43,472 nucleotides of DNA from a virus. Lineage: Duplodnaviria; Heunggongvirae; Uroviricota; Caudoviricetes. The stretch lies in IMG/VR virus record IMGVR_UViG_2737471820_000002. The stretch is one strand, 5' to 3'. A model generated the notes under the pieces. It had not been told where the DNA came from and made no database searches. It was given only the letters and a program-made list of their open reading frames with translations. The position numbers and the translations under genes are program-made. Positions within the stretch are counted from its first letter, which is position 1. Every line of letters begins with the position of its first letter. Shown piece after piece: positions 11,173 through 20,737 of the stretch.

Positions 11173-13008
11173 TTACCTGCCAAAGCGCGTATAGCCAACA
11201 TCATGGCTGACATCAAAACCGCTGGATCGCGTTTCCATAACCCGCATACCCGGAGGCGAATTCACAAAAGAGACCTTGATCTCCCCATCAACTTTTGGCG
11301 CAGAAGCTTTGTTAATCATGAAGGGATTCGGGCCTGTGGCATCGGAGGCGTTGTTTGACTGAGCCAGATCCACCGCCGGATAAGGTGTGTATCCCCGCGC
11401 CGGTATTCCCGTCCCATAAGCATCATAAGCACCCGCGCCCCACTGCGCAGAGTTAATGGCATCGACCGTGTCACCGGAACTGTCGGTAAACCACTCAATA
11501 ATTGGCTTCAGCTTGTCCCACATATCCTGAAACCACTTAACAACCGGCCCCCAGTTATTGATCACCATCCCCAGCGGCGACCAGGCAAAAACTTTCTTAA
11601 GGAGTTCCCAGCCAGCCTCAAAATAAGGACCAATGGTTTCCCAGAGTTTCTTAAAATAAGGTCCGACAACATCCCAGTTAGTGATAATTAATCCCGCAGC
11701 CAGGGCTATCGCCGTCGCAATCATGCCAATCGGCGTCATCGACATGATCCTGCTGACAATACTGATGGCACCGCCAACGCCCATCAATCCCAGTTTCAGA
11801 ATCGCAAGACCGGCAGCAAGCCCGACGACGCCGCGAATAACCCGGGGATTTTTATCCGCAAACTTCGTGAATTTCTCCCCCAACTCCCCCAGCCACTGCG
11901 TGATATTTTTAGCGTCACCAGAAAATGCGCCGCCAATAGCCGCAAGGCCGTTAGTTGCGGTCCCTGTCATTGCCTCCCACAGGTTGGACAGCGTACCAAG
12001 CTGTGCCTGAACACGTTTATTCAGGCTGGCCTGTTTATTCATCTTCTGCTGGATCTGATCGTAGCCATCCTTTCCTTTATCGATTAGTGCATTGACCACC
12101 TGAAGGGTTTCGGCATCATCACCAAATATTGCCTTAAGTACACCTGTTCGCTTAACGTCGGTCAGTTTTCGCAGCTTTGCCAGTTGCCTGAACATGTTAT
12201 CAAGACCGCCAAAACTTCCTTTGCCGTCAGTAAAATCGAGCTGTACCCCGAGTTTCTGGCGGGCCATAACTTTATTAACGTCCCTGATTTTCTTAACGCT
12301 TAATCCGGACTGGATAACTTTTCGCAGGGCATTACCTGCCGACTCCCCGTTCATCCCCATCTGATCCATCATGACGCTGATGGGGGCAAGGCTCTGTGCA
12401 GCCTGAAGACCGTCCTTGTTCACCATCTTCAGAACAGAACTGGTTTTAGTGAAGAAGGACAACATGTTGGTATCGTCAACGCCCAGATAAAACGCCTTCT
12501 GGATAGTGTCGAACAGCCCCATCATGTCTTCTGACGCCGTTCCGGTAGCATCCTGCATCTTTGCAGCAAACTCAGCAGCCGCTTCCGGTGTTTTTTTCAG
12601 TTGTACCGCAAGATAAGCTGTCGCTTTACCCACACCACCCAGAATGTTTTCTGCCGGGATCCCCTGACGCACCAGCATCTGCATCATGTTCTGGAAATCA
12701 GCCGTTGTACCGGGTAGCTGGTTACCCAGGCCAATAGCCAGTTTATTGATGTCCTGAAAGCTCTTTCCAACCTCGCCGTTCGCATCCATCATGGCGACTT
12801 TCAGCCCGGTGGCGGCGTTTTCCTGATCGGCATAAGATTTCAGGGAAAGCGTCAGACCCGCTGCCAGTCCGCCACCAAGCGCCAGCCCACCCTGTGACGC
12901 TTCTTCCGCCTGGCGTTTAAATCCCCGGATTTTCTTTTGCATTTTCGACAGCGCGGGAGAAAGCCTGTCGACACCGGTGATCAACGCCTTAAGCTCAAAT
13001 TCAGCCAT
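11173..13008 (-). CDS. Tail tape measure protein
   Basis: 611 aa, Gly/Ala-rich with a hydrophobic segment, downstream of the chaperone pair. Confidence 0.75.
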   Translation of the reverse strand: MAEFELKALITGVDRLSPALSKMQKKIRGFKRQAEEASQGGLALGGGLAAGLTLSLKSYADQENAATGLKVAMMDANGEVGKSFQDINKLAIGLGNQLPGTTADFQNMMQMLVRQGIPAENILGGVGKATAYLAVQLKKTPEAAAEFAAKMQDATGTASEDMMGLFDTIQKAFYLGVDDTNMLSFFTKTSSVLKMVNKDGLQAAQSLAPISVMMDQMGMNGESAGNALRKVIQSGLSVKKIRDVNKVMARQKLGVQLDFTDGKGSFGGLDNMFRQLAKLRKLTDVKRTGVLKAIFGDDAETLQVVNALIDKGKDGYDQIQQKMNKQASLNKRVQAQLGTLSNLWEAMTGTATNGLAAIGGAFSGDAKNITQWLGELGEKFTKFADKNPRVIRGVVGLAAGLAILKLGLMGVGGAISIVSRIMSMTPIGMIATAIALAAGLIITNWDVVGPYFKKLWETIGPYFEAGWELLKKVFAWSPLGMVINNWGPVVKWFQDMWDKLKPIIEWFTDSSGDTVDAINSAQWGAGAYDAYGTGIPARGYTPYPAVDLAQSNNASDATGPNPFMINKASAPKVDGEIKVSFVNSPPGMRVMETRSSGFDVSHDVGYTRFGR

Positions 13009-13183
13009 GTGTGCGTTTCTCCTGCTCTATCCTGTTTGCCTGACTGACCAGCAAGGGAATTTCACTGATCGGCATATTCAGCAATTCGAAGGGATTAATG
13101 CGCCAGTAGCTGGCGCAGTCAAAGAAGCGATCAGTGAGGTATTCAGCCGTCAGGCCTGGAGGAAAAAACCAGCCACAAGCCAC
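13001..13183 (-). other. -1 frameshift extension of the tail assembly chaperone (slippery site at 13162-13168)
   Basis: The overlapping -1 frame continues FFPPGLTAEYLTD... from the heptamer TTTTTTC (plus-strand gaaaaaa at 13162-13168); arrangement matches lambda G/GT and P2 E/E'. Confidence 0.55.
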
Positions 13184-13419
13184 GCCGCTGCATTCAGGTC
13201 TGCCGGAGACATCTGGTCGACAGAGCTTTGCGGCACTTTCGCCAGCCGCACAATGTATTTCGACACCACATGCGCCAGAAGTCTGACGGACTCATCCTGA
13301 TTCATCTGGTAGGGATACCCCAGCTCGCGGACATCCTTCCCGGTGGGTTCATCAAACTCCAGTACGGAGAGTGTCTCACCATGAGCGATAATCGGTTTCT
13401 TTAACTCAAGCTCTTTCAT
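13150..13419 (-). CDS. Tail assembly chaperone
   Basis: 89 aa between tail tube and tape measure; ends ...AGFFLQA* over a slippery T_TTT_TTC. Confidence 0.6.
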   Translation of the reverse strand: MKELELKKPIIAHGETLSVLEFDEPTGKDVRELGYPYQMNQDESVRLLAHVVSKYIVRLAKVPQSSVDQMSPADLNAAAWLVAGFFLQA

Positions 13420-13775
13420 TACTGGTAATCCCCTTCTTCACCGTGGAACTCAAGATCAACCGTGCCTTCTTCGGCATTATGGTTCGCTTCTCCGTGCAGC
13501 CAGGCGGACGACAGTACATAGACCTGACCGTTCGCCAGCTCGGCAGTGATGGTCATCTCATCAGACGAGGTGATTTTGCTCACCGGAAAATTCTTCGGCA
13601 CCTTGAAGGTCCCTTTGACATAAGGCGCACGGTGAGTTTCCTTGCGGTCCACTGAACCGTCCAGGCCGATGATGTCATCATTGACCGTCCTGTTCATGGG
13701 CACCTCAATGCCGCCGGTCAGCGATAGCTGCTGACCGTCAATTTTGAAATAACAGGTTCCCCCGATACGGGCCAT
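13419..13775 (-). CDS. Tail tube protein (Mu M-like)
   Basis: 118 aa directly downstream of the sheath gene. Confidence 0.65.
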   Translation of the reverse strand: MARIGGTCYFKIDGQQLSLTGGIEVPMNRTVNDDIIGLDGSVDRKETHRAPYVKGTFKVPKNFPVSKITSSDEMTITAELANGQVYVLSSAWLHGEANHNAEEGTVDLEFHGEEGDYQ

Positions 13776-15271
13776 TATGCAGACTCCTCTGAATACTGAA
13801 GACGGAACTGGTTAACCACGGCAAAGACACGCAACTGGTTAACATAGTCAGGCGGGAACAGCGTGTTCAGGCGGTTCGGATCGCTGGCATCACGCTCCAC
13901 AACCAGGTACTGCTTAAACAGTTCGTAGTTTTCCACGATCCCCGCACGCTCAAGCTGACGGTAGGTTGCCAGCAGTTCCCCTTTGATCACCGCCGGTGTG
14001 ACAATCGCCTGACCGGGACCAAAGCGGGTACCGTCGCTGGCAAGCTTGTGACGCCCGTACTTACTGGTAATGACGGATTTCAGTTTGCGCAGTACATACG
14101 CGCTGGTATGCAGTGTCTCACTGTCGAGGTAGCTGTTATCCGCAACCCCGTAAGCGTTTTTCCTGTACGTGGTGACATCACGCTGAATGCGCAGTACCCC
14201 GCTTTCGACATACGCCGTTGCCACGCCATGAGACAGCAGGGTCTGTTGTTCGGTCATCGTGAACCGTTTCCCCTTCGGCGCAGGCAGCATACCCACCAGC
14301 TCACCGGTCTGCGTGGGACGTGCCGGATCGTTGCGGATAAACACCGCTGCGCGGGCGGTACGGCTTGCCGCCAGCTCGTCGGCAGGCGTCTGGGTGTCTT
14401 TTTCGTACCCCGCCAGGGTAATGTGCTGCTGGTTAAACTGGTCACCTGCGGTCACCAGTTCTGACAGCGTGCCGATCTTTGCCGAATACACATGACCATA
14501 CAGCTGACGCGCATAGCTCCAGCGACCGCTGGTATCGTTCATCTCGGTCACCAGCGTGTTAACGGAGGCCGTGTCGTTGAACGGCAGGCCGATATAATCA
14601 AACGGCTCATCCGCCATTGCAGCCACCGCGCCGGTGAGAACAGGAGCGCCCGTTCCGGCGGTACCCGTCGCCACGGCAATCTGTACGCCCGCTGGCAGCA
14701 CTTCGCCCCCACCAAAGCCGTAGTAATTGAGGCTGACAGGAATTTCATTCCCGCAAAGCCCCTTATGACGCGCGGTCAGCGTGACAACACCAGCCGAAGA
14801 TGAAGCTGTAAACGGCAGAGTCGGAACGGCATTGATGGCATCTTTGATACTGCTGGCAATCGTCGTGACGTTATCGCCGTTGGTCACCGGAGCCTGCACG
14901 CGGGTACGTCCCACATAGACATTCACCGTGCCGCTTTCGGTTGCTTCCCCGGTCACCGTCAGCGTAACCGTTGCCGCCGCGCCTGTGGCTTCCGGAACGG
15001 CAATCACATACAGCTCACCAAACGGGTCGGTCTGGCGATAAGCCTCGACCATACGCGCCAGCTGACTTCCCGCACCACAAATCTGGCGTGCATAGTCTGC
15101 CGACGGCATCAGCACCAGACTGTTGGCAACAATCTCTGCACCGTTATTGGCATGACCAATCAGCAGCGATGCTCCGCTGTCCTGTGCAGTATTCGCCGCC
15201 TGGTTATCCATTTCCGCATAAAACAGCGGAACCAGCGTATTCGACGGAATGGTGTTAAAGCTTATCGTCAT
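13775..15271 (-). CDS. Contractile tail sheath protein (Mu L-like)
   Basis: 498 aa, the first large ORF of the tail module. Confidence 0.75.
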   Translation of the reverse strand: MTISFNTIPSNTLVPLFYAEMDNQAANTAQDSGASLLIGHANNGAEIVANSLVLMPSADYARQICGAGSQLARMVEAYRQTDPFGELYVIAVPEATGAAATVTLTVTGEATESGTVNVYVGRTRVQAPVTNGDNVTTIASSIKDAINAVPTLPFTASSSAGVVTLTARHKGLCGNEIPVSLNYYGFGGGEVLPAGVQIAVATGTAGTGAPVLTGAVAAMADEPFDYIGLPFNDTASVNTLVTEMNDTSGRWSYARQLYGHVYSAKIGTLSELVTAGDQFNQQHITLAGYEKDTQTPADELAASRTARAAVFIRNDPARPTQTGELVGMLPAPKGKRFTMTEQQTLLSHGVATAYVESGVLRIQRDVTTYRKNAYGVADNSYLDSETLHTSAYVLRKLKSVITSKYGRHKLASDGTRFGPGQAIVTPAVIKGELLATYRQLERAGIVENYELFKQYLVVERDASDPNRLNTLFPPDYVNQLRVFAVVNQFRLQYSEESA

Positions 15272-15433
15272 CGGTGTTCACCTTTTTATTCACGCGCCGG
15301 ATATCACCCGCTGCTTCACGGCGCAGCCAGTAGTTGTTCTCGTCAACATTTCGCCCTTCGGCGGGCAAAAGGTCACCGCGGGCAGGGTCAGGCACTGACC
15401 GCCCTTTAACAGGTTTCACAAACATGAAGATTC

Positions 15434-15994
15434 TCAGGAAGGAAGGGTTATTTCGGTGTGATGTTCGATATCGCCGTCAGGCCCGTTACCGGGATCGAGA
15501 TAATCAACATCAATCGCCAGCGTTCGCAGTTCATCCAGACTGTTCAGGTCATCCTGCTGGCGGGTATCGTCTTCGGTCAGCTCGCTGATGATCGAAAAAT
15601 CGAACTGATAAATCAGCTCATGACGATTCAGATCCAGCAGCGTGCCGCCGTCATAGTTAATCGGGTTACCGCACGCTTCCGGGTTCCAGCCCAGCAGGGC
15701 CTTAAAGAGCATCTGCCGGACATCGTCCACCACATCATACGAAGCAAACTGACCGCGCTCATCACGCCCGTTACTCAGTATGACAACTACGGAGAAGCCC
15801 TCTTTCAGCTCCTGCCAGTAGTCGGTCTGGCTTTTGTTTTCTCCCGGAGAATCATCACCCGGTACAACATATGCCGCCGGGAGTTTCAGCTTTCCGACCT
15901 CCGGCAGATTTTTGAACTGGGCCGCGCCTGCAACCCGGTTTTCAAAATACGGACAGCGGGCACGCAGTGCAGCAATAACAGGCGTCAGTTTCAT
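15434..15994 (-). CDS. Hypothetical virion protein (head-tail joining region)
   Basis: 186 aa acidic protein between head completion genes and sheath. Confidence 0.3.
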   Translation of the reverse strand: MKLTPVIAALRARCPYFENRVAGAAQFKNLPEVGKLKLPAAYVVPGDDSPGENKSQTDYWQELKEGFSVVVILSNGRDERGQFASYDVVDDVRQMLFKALLGWNPEACGNPINYDGGTLLDLNRHELIYQFDFSIISELTEDDTRQQDDLNSLDELRTLAIDVDYLDPGNGPDGDIEHHTEITLPS

Positions 15995-16521
15995 CTGTGT
16001 CGTCGCTCCGGCTTCAGTGATTTACGCAATTCCCGCGCCAGAAAATAGCGTGTCCAGCTGCGGTTCTTTTCAAGCGTTTCCACCATGAAGTTATTACGTG
16101 GAGCCAGTCGCCAGCCGCTGCCACCGGATGCACCACGATGATGGCTGCGACGACGCTTTGCCCCTCGCCTCACGCCATAGAACAAAAAAGCCGGATAAAA
16201 ATCACCGGTGATACGGCGGTTTCCCTCTCCATTACGCTGGTTAGGGGCTATACGTGCCATAAAACCAGGGCGATGTTTACTGGCTCTGGGTACCATGTAA
16301 CCAATCGAACGAGCCAGGCGTCCGGTCTGATAACCGGGGTTTTCACCCGGTGCCGACCGCGCACGGCGCATCACCAGCCGACGGGCATCACGCATATGAC
16401 GCTGACCAATCGTGACAAACGCCCGCCGGACACGGGCGCGGTTAAAGCGCATCTCCGCGGGCTGCTGAAAATCAACGTGCAAAAAGGAAGTCGTCATTGT
16501 TGCCTCCGTGACTCTGCCCAC
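15991..16521 (-). CDS. Putative head-tail joining protein (HK97 gp10-like, basic)
   Basis: 176 aa Arg-rich protein in the connector region. Confidence 0.35.
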   Translation of the reverse strand: MGRVTEATMTTSFLHVDFQQPAEMRFNRARVRRAFVTIGQRHMRDARRLVMRRARSAPGENPGYQTGRLARSIGYMVPRASKHRPGFMARIAPNQRNGEGNRRITGDFYPAFLFYGVRRGAKRRRSHHRGASGGSGWRLAPRNNFMVETLEKNRSWTRYFLARELRKSLKPERRHR

Positions 16522-16882
16522 ATTCGCCCAACTCCGTACACTCCAGCAGCAGAAAGCGCCGCGCCCCGTTCAGATCGCGCTGACGTTTCACCCGGTACAC
16601 ACTGTCACCGCAGACCACCTCATAATCAGCGGTGATCCCCCGGCGGTAACGAATGGTGATGTAATGGGTGATGGCGTCCCCGGTCTGCGCGGTTTCCTGC
16701 CAGGTGGTGGCACTGGTCTGGATAACCTTCGCCCATGTCCGGAACGTAACCGGGTATTGAGGCTCCACGCCAAAGTTATCCGCGGGCATATCCACCCGCT
16801 GGCGGATCAGGACGCGTTTATTCAGTTCACCGGGGTCCGGCAGAATGTAGGTTGCGCTGGTCTGCGCCTGACGAATTTTCAT
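16472..16882 (-). CDS. Head-tail adaptor / head closure protein
   Basis: 136 aa, follows the gp6-like connector. Confidence 0.4.
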   Translation of the reverse strand: MKIRQAQTSATYILPDPGELNKRVLIRQRVDMPADNFGVEPQYPVTFRTWAKVIQTSATTWQETAQTGDAITHYITIRYRRGITADYEVVCGDSVYRVKRQRDLNGARRFLLLECTELGECGQSHGGNNDDFLFAR

Positions 16883-17202
16883 TGCGGAAAGTACCTGTAC
16901 GGGCCGACAAGCCAGCCAAAACTCTGCGGCATGTCGAGTTTCTCCACTTCCGTAACCGACGAGCGGTTTTCGTAAAAATGGCTGATAAGCATCAGCATCC
17001 CCAGACGAATATCATCCGGCAGGTGCAGCCCGTCCGGATCGCTGTCCGGAATGGTTTCATCCGGTGCATAGAGCTTCCGGTTCAGATACGTTTCCGTCCG
17101 CTTTTGTGCCGCACAGGCCAGCAGTTGCAGATGGCGGTCATCAGCATCGAAATCCTCATCCAGCCGGAGTTGGGCTTTAATCTCTTCCATTGTCAGAAGC
17201 AT
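16879..17202 (-). CDS. Head-tail connector (gp6-like)
   Basis: 107 aa downstream of the major capsid gene. Confidence 0.45.
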   Translation of the reverse strand: MLLTMEEIKAQLRLDEDFDADDRHLQLLACAAQKRTETYLNRKLYAPDETIPDSDPDGLHLPDDIRLGMLMLISHFYENRSSVTEVEKLDMPQSFGWLVGPYRYFPQ

Positions 17203-17204
17203 AC

Positions 17205-17405
17205 TCAGCCCTCTTTACTGGTCGTGGCTTTTTTCTCTTTTGCCGCTTTACTGCTTTTTGCACTGGTTCCGCGCTCTGCTAACCCGGCCTGAAGTGCAAT
17301 CTCCTGCACCCGGGCAGGAAGCGCCCCGTCGTCATACTCACCGGCCCGAATGACCTCAACACGCATACCGTCCGGTGACCATTTCAGATCTTGTTTCAGG
17401 ATCAT
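17205..17405 (-). CDS. Hypothetical small protein with Lys/Ala/Ser-rich tail
   Basis: 66 aa immediately after the major capsid gene. Confidence 0.3.
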   Translation of the reverse strand: MILKQDLKWSPDGMRVEVIRAGEYDDGALPARVQEIALQAGLAERGTSAKSSKAAKEKKATTSKEG

Positions 17406-17454
17406 GATTCTTCACCCGTCAGAACAGGGGGCGCGGTTCCGCGCCCCTGAGTGA

Positions 17455-18660
17455 TTACGCCGCTGCAATCTTCAGCAGTTTGATGGCCTGCGAATCGACC
17501 AGCATCCCGCCGGTGCGCTTGGTGGTATAAAAACCGACAAACGGTTTATTGGTGTACGGGTCACGCAGAATGCGGGTGCCGATACGGTCAACGATGGTGT
17601 AACCCCGTTTGAAGTTACCAAATGCAATGGCTTTCGCATCAGCGGCGATATCCGGCATCTGTTCGTTTTCAGCGATACCGTAACCCGCCAGAGAGGACGG
17701 CTGCCCCAGTTCCAGCCCCGGACGCCACAGATAGTTACCCTCGGTGTCTTTCAGCAGACGGATGGCAAACAGGCTGTTGTTGTTCATCATGAACTTCGCG
17801 CCGGTGCGGTGTGCCTTACGCAGCGTGTAAATCAGTTTGATAATGGCGTCTGCGGTCACCGCAGTCGCGTCGCCGGATACAATATGCTGAAGTTTGCCGA
17901 ACGCCCGGACCTTATCGGTTTCATCAGTGGATTCATACGCCAGGAACCCTTTCGGCTTCTTGGTGCCATCGCCTGAGGTAAAGGCAATTTCTTCCTGTTC
18001 GGCAAATTCGGTTGCCAGCTCGCTGTTGATCCAGGCCTCCACGTTGAAAAAGGCATCGTCCAGCATTTTCTGGGTGGCCTGCGGGTTACCGTAGATTTCC
18101 CCCATGAGAGGTTCAATCAGCTCCAGTCTGGAGGTGGCAGTCTGGGATCGCGTATCCGTTTCCCCCACCCATCCGGAAGCCGTACCGCCCAGATTCACCA
18201 GTTTTTTGTAGTCGGAACCGCCAACGGTGATCACTGTGGCTTCCTGACGCATCACCACTTCATCTTTAAGCAGGTTGAGAATGTTGCGATCCAGCGCTTC
18301 CGGCACGGCGTAGCCACCGTCTTCATCGGTGCCCACCTGCAATGCCTTACGCTCCAGATCGCGCAGACCGTCTTCACGGCCTTTACGCAGGAAGCGCACA
18401 AACGCCTCTTTATGCTCGGTGGCCAGTTTATTTTGCGCACCACCTGCCGGACGTTTCAGCTCAAGCAGCTCTTTTTCAAGATCGCTTTTGAGGTTTTCCA
18501 GCTCGCTGAGTTTCCCGTTCAGGGTTTCCACCTGCCCGGCAAGTTTGCCTTTTTCCTGCTCAATCGCATCCACGCGCTTGTCGTTCTTTGCTTTGAAGTC
18601 GTCAAACTTCTGCTGCAGCTCCTGCGCGACCTGTTCCACATCTTTAATATCAACCGCCAT
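17455..18660 (-). CDS. Major capsid protein, HK97 family
   Basis: 401 aa with an N-terminal coiled-coil delta-like region, downstream of the prohead protease. Confidence 0.8.
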   Translation of the reverse strand: MAVDIKDVEQVAQELQQKFDDFKAKNDKRVDAIEQEKGKLAGQVETLNGKLSELENLKSDLEKELLELKRPAGGAQNKLATEHKEAFVRFLRKGREDGLRDLERKALQVGTDEDGGYAVPEALDRNILNLLKDEVVMRQEATVITVGGSDYKKLVNLGGTASGWVGETDTRSQTATSRLELIEPLMGEIYGNPQATQKMLDDAFFNVEAWINSELATEFAEQEEIAFTSGDGTKKPKGFLAYESTDETDKVRAFGKLQHIVSGDATAVTADAIIKLIYTLRKAHRTGAKFMMNNNSLFAIRLLKDTEGNYLWRPGLELGQPSSLAGYGIAENEQMPDIAADAKAIAFGNFKRGYTIVDRIGTRILRDPYTNKPFVGFYTTKRTGGMLVDSQAIKLLKIAAA

Positions 18661-18674
18661 CGTATTTCTCCTGA

Positions 18675-19361
18675 TTAGAAGTTCAGATTTTTCAGTGCAT
18701 TCAGTGCAGAGCCCACATCCTCAGCGTCGCGCAGGGACAGTGCGCCATAGCCCCCGGCCATGAATGCTTTGGCCTGGGTACGGGAGAGTCCGACATCACG
18801 CAGGACTCTTTCGATTTTTTTCTGTTCGGGGATTTCCCCGCGGGCCAGTGCGTTCTTGACGTCGCTGATCCGCGCCTCGTCGTTAGACGGGAACGTCACC
18901 AGGCTGACTTCCCAGAGGTCGATTTCTTTCAGCAGAAAGGCTTCTTTGCTCCGGTCGTATTCCCAGTCTTTCAGGACGTACCCAATAGAAAGGCCGGTTA
19001 ACGAACCGGCCTTCATGTGTGCATGTGCGCGTTTTGCGAGGGGATCATCATCAATAAGCAACCGTCCCCTGACGTAAAGCCCGACATCGTCTTCCTTCAT
19101 TTCGGTGTAAACACCGATGGGTTCATCCATGCGGTGCTGCCAGAGCAGCGCAGGTAACGCTTTTCTGTCACTCCACGCCCGCAGGGAAGCAGCAAATGCC
19201 CCGGACATCACCACATCATCGTGGCTGTCCTTTACACCAAAGACGGAGCCATACCCTTCAAACTCACCGGAGTCACTGACAGATTTCAGACTCAGCGGTA
19301 CATCAAGACGTTGTTTCGTCTGCATTGGCGTTATCCTTCTGCTTACCGGCTTTACTGCCAT
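18675..19361 (-). CDS. Prohead protease, HK97 family (start may be internal)
   Basis: 228 aa between portal and capsid; overlaps the portal 3' end so the true start is probably a downstream ATG. Confidence 0.7.
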   Translation of the reverse strand: MAVKPVSRRITPMQTKQRLDVPLSLKSVSDSGEFEGYGSVFGVKDSHDDVVMSGAFAASLRAWSDRKALPALLWQHRMDEPIGVYTEMKEDDVGLYVRGRLLIDDDPLAKRAHAHMKAGSLTGLSIGYVLKDWEYDRSKEAFLLKEIDLWEVSLVTFPSNDEARISDVKNALARGEIPEQKKIERVLRDVGLSRTQAKAFMAGGYGALSLRDAEDVGSALNALKNLNF

Positions 19362-20544
19362 CGGAGGGTTTCGTGGTCATGTTCATCGGTGTGAGATAGA
19401 CATCACCACCGGGACGCGGATTCATATCTTCCAGGTCGCGGCAGTCATTGGGAGAGTAAATTCCCCAGTTAATCCCGGTGGCGTAAGCTTCAAAACGGGA
19501 CTTCATATCCCCGCGCAGTAACGCCCCGGCGTTAAATTTGGCGTAATAAACGCCCTGCTTACTTTTTCGTACCAGTCCGGTGTTGATCCGCTGTTCGATG
19601 CGGGTCAGATACGGCACCAGTGAATAGTTGATAAATCCGAGCCCCAGTTCTTCGATATTGTTGAAGGTGGCGCGATCGGTGTTCTGCACCATGTGCAACG
19701 GTACCCGGAACAGACGACAGATTTCTTCAAGCTGAAACTTGCGGGTTTCCAGGAACTGGCTGTCCTCGGCGTTCAACGCCATCGACTTCCAGTCCAGCCC
19801 CATCTCAAGGATCATCGGGCGGTGAGCATTGCCAAGCCCGGTGTGACGCTCCTCAAAATCTTTCTTCAGGCGCTCATAAGCCTGATCTGACAGCGTCTGC
19901 TCTGTACGCAACACACCCGACGTCACCGCGCCATTGCTGAACAGTCTGGCCCCGTGCTCTTCGGTCGCAGCTGCCAGCGATATTGCCTCGCGGGCATAGG
20001 CGATGGGATTCAGCCCCACCAGTCCGTCCAGCGTCAGCGTACGCACATGCCAGATATCCTCCTGGCTCAGTACATCCGTGGAGCCATCCGGGAATGTGAC
20101 CTGATAGATCGGCTCCCAGCTACTGTTAAGCTTCGGTACCACACAGCCGGGATCGACGGGCAGCAGTTCAGCCACTTCGCCAAATGCTTTCACTTTGTAG
20201 GCGTAAAAGTTTCCCCGCAGGCACAGACAGGTGACCACCAGCTCCCAGAACTCCTGCGGCGTCATATAGCCATTGGGATGCGTGGAGATCAGCTTATGCA
20301 GACGTTCGCCAGTGGCTCTCTGCTTCAGGCTGCCGTTCAGGTGATACAGGTTGCAGGGCAACATCCCGACCGACTCCGCCAGCACCCTGACGCAGGAAAA
20401 AACCGCCGTCAGTCGCATGGCCCTCTGGCTGCTGATCTGCTTTCCGGTATAGGTGTCGTATGACAGCCCGATAGCATCCGCCAGCTCTGCTGGCGTGGTC
20501 ACCGGTGCGTCACTTTTTCGTTGAAATAATCCCGAAAAGAACAC
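19303..20544 (-). CDS. Portal protein, HK97 family
   Basis: 413 aa after the large terminase. Confidence 0.75.
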   Translation of the reverse strand: MFFSGLFQRKSDAPVTTPAELADAIGLSYDTYTGKQISSQRAMRLTAVFSCVRVLAESVGMLPCNLYHLNGSLKQRATGERLHKLISTHPNGYMTPQEFWELVVTCLCLRGNFYAYKVKAFGEVAELLPVDPGCVVPKLNSSWEPIYQVTFPDGSTDVLSQEDIWHVRTLTLDGLVGLNPIAYAREAISLAAATEEHGARLFSNGAVTSGVLRTEQTLSDQAYERLKKDFEERHTGLGNAHRPMILEMGLDWKSMALNAEDSQFLETRKFQLEEICRLFRVPLHMVQNTDRATFNNIEELGLGFINYSLVPYLTRIEQRINTGLVRKSKQGVYYAKFNAGALLRGDMKSRFEAYATGINWGIYSPNDCRDLEDMNPRPGGDVYLTPMNMTTKPSDGSKAGKQKDNANADETTS

Positions 20545-20726
20545 TATTTACCTCCACCAACAGACATCTGTGTACGGTCGAGATATCGCGCCACCAGCCA
20601 CGACCAGAACAGGCACAACGCCCCGGCAACAACAAACCCCGCAGGGGGATAAATCAGCCAGGCACCATACGCCAGCAAAAGCACCCCCAGCACGCCCACC
20701 AGAGGCGCGAGAATCAGCATGATCAT
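20544..20726 (-). CDS. Small membrane protein
   Basis: 60 aa, almost entirely hydrophobic, wedged between terminase and portal. Confidence 0.35.
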   Translation of the reverse strand: MIMLILAPLVGVLGVLLLAYGAWLIYPPAGFVVAGALCLFWSWLVARYLDRTQMSVGGGK

Positions 20727-20737
20727 AATTACCTCAG

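Noticed and set aside
14048-16975. Multiple plus-strand ORFs of 60-196 aa (e.g. 14048-14464, 15458-16048, 16138-16635, 16508-16975) overlapping the minus-strand tail and head genes
   Set aside because: They lie antisense to long, well-supported structural genes in GC-rich DNA, have no RBS or recognisable motifs, and many are Arg/Pro/His-rich, which is typical of spurious frames.
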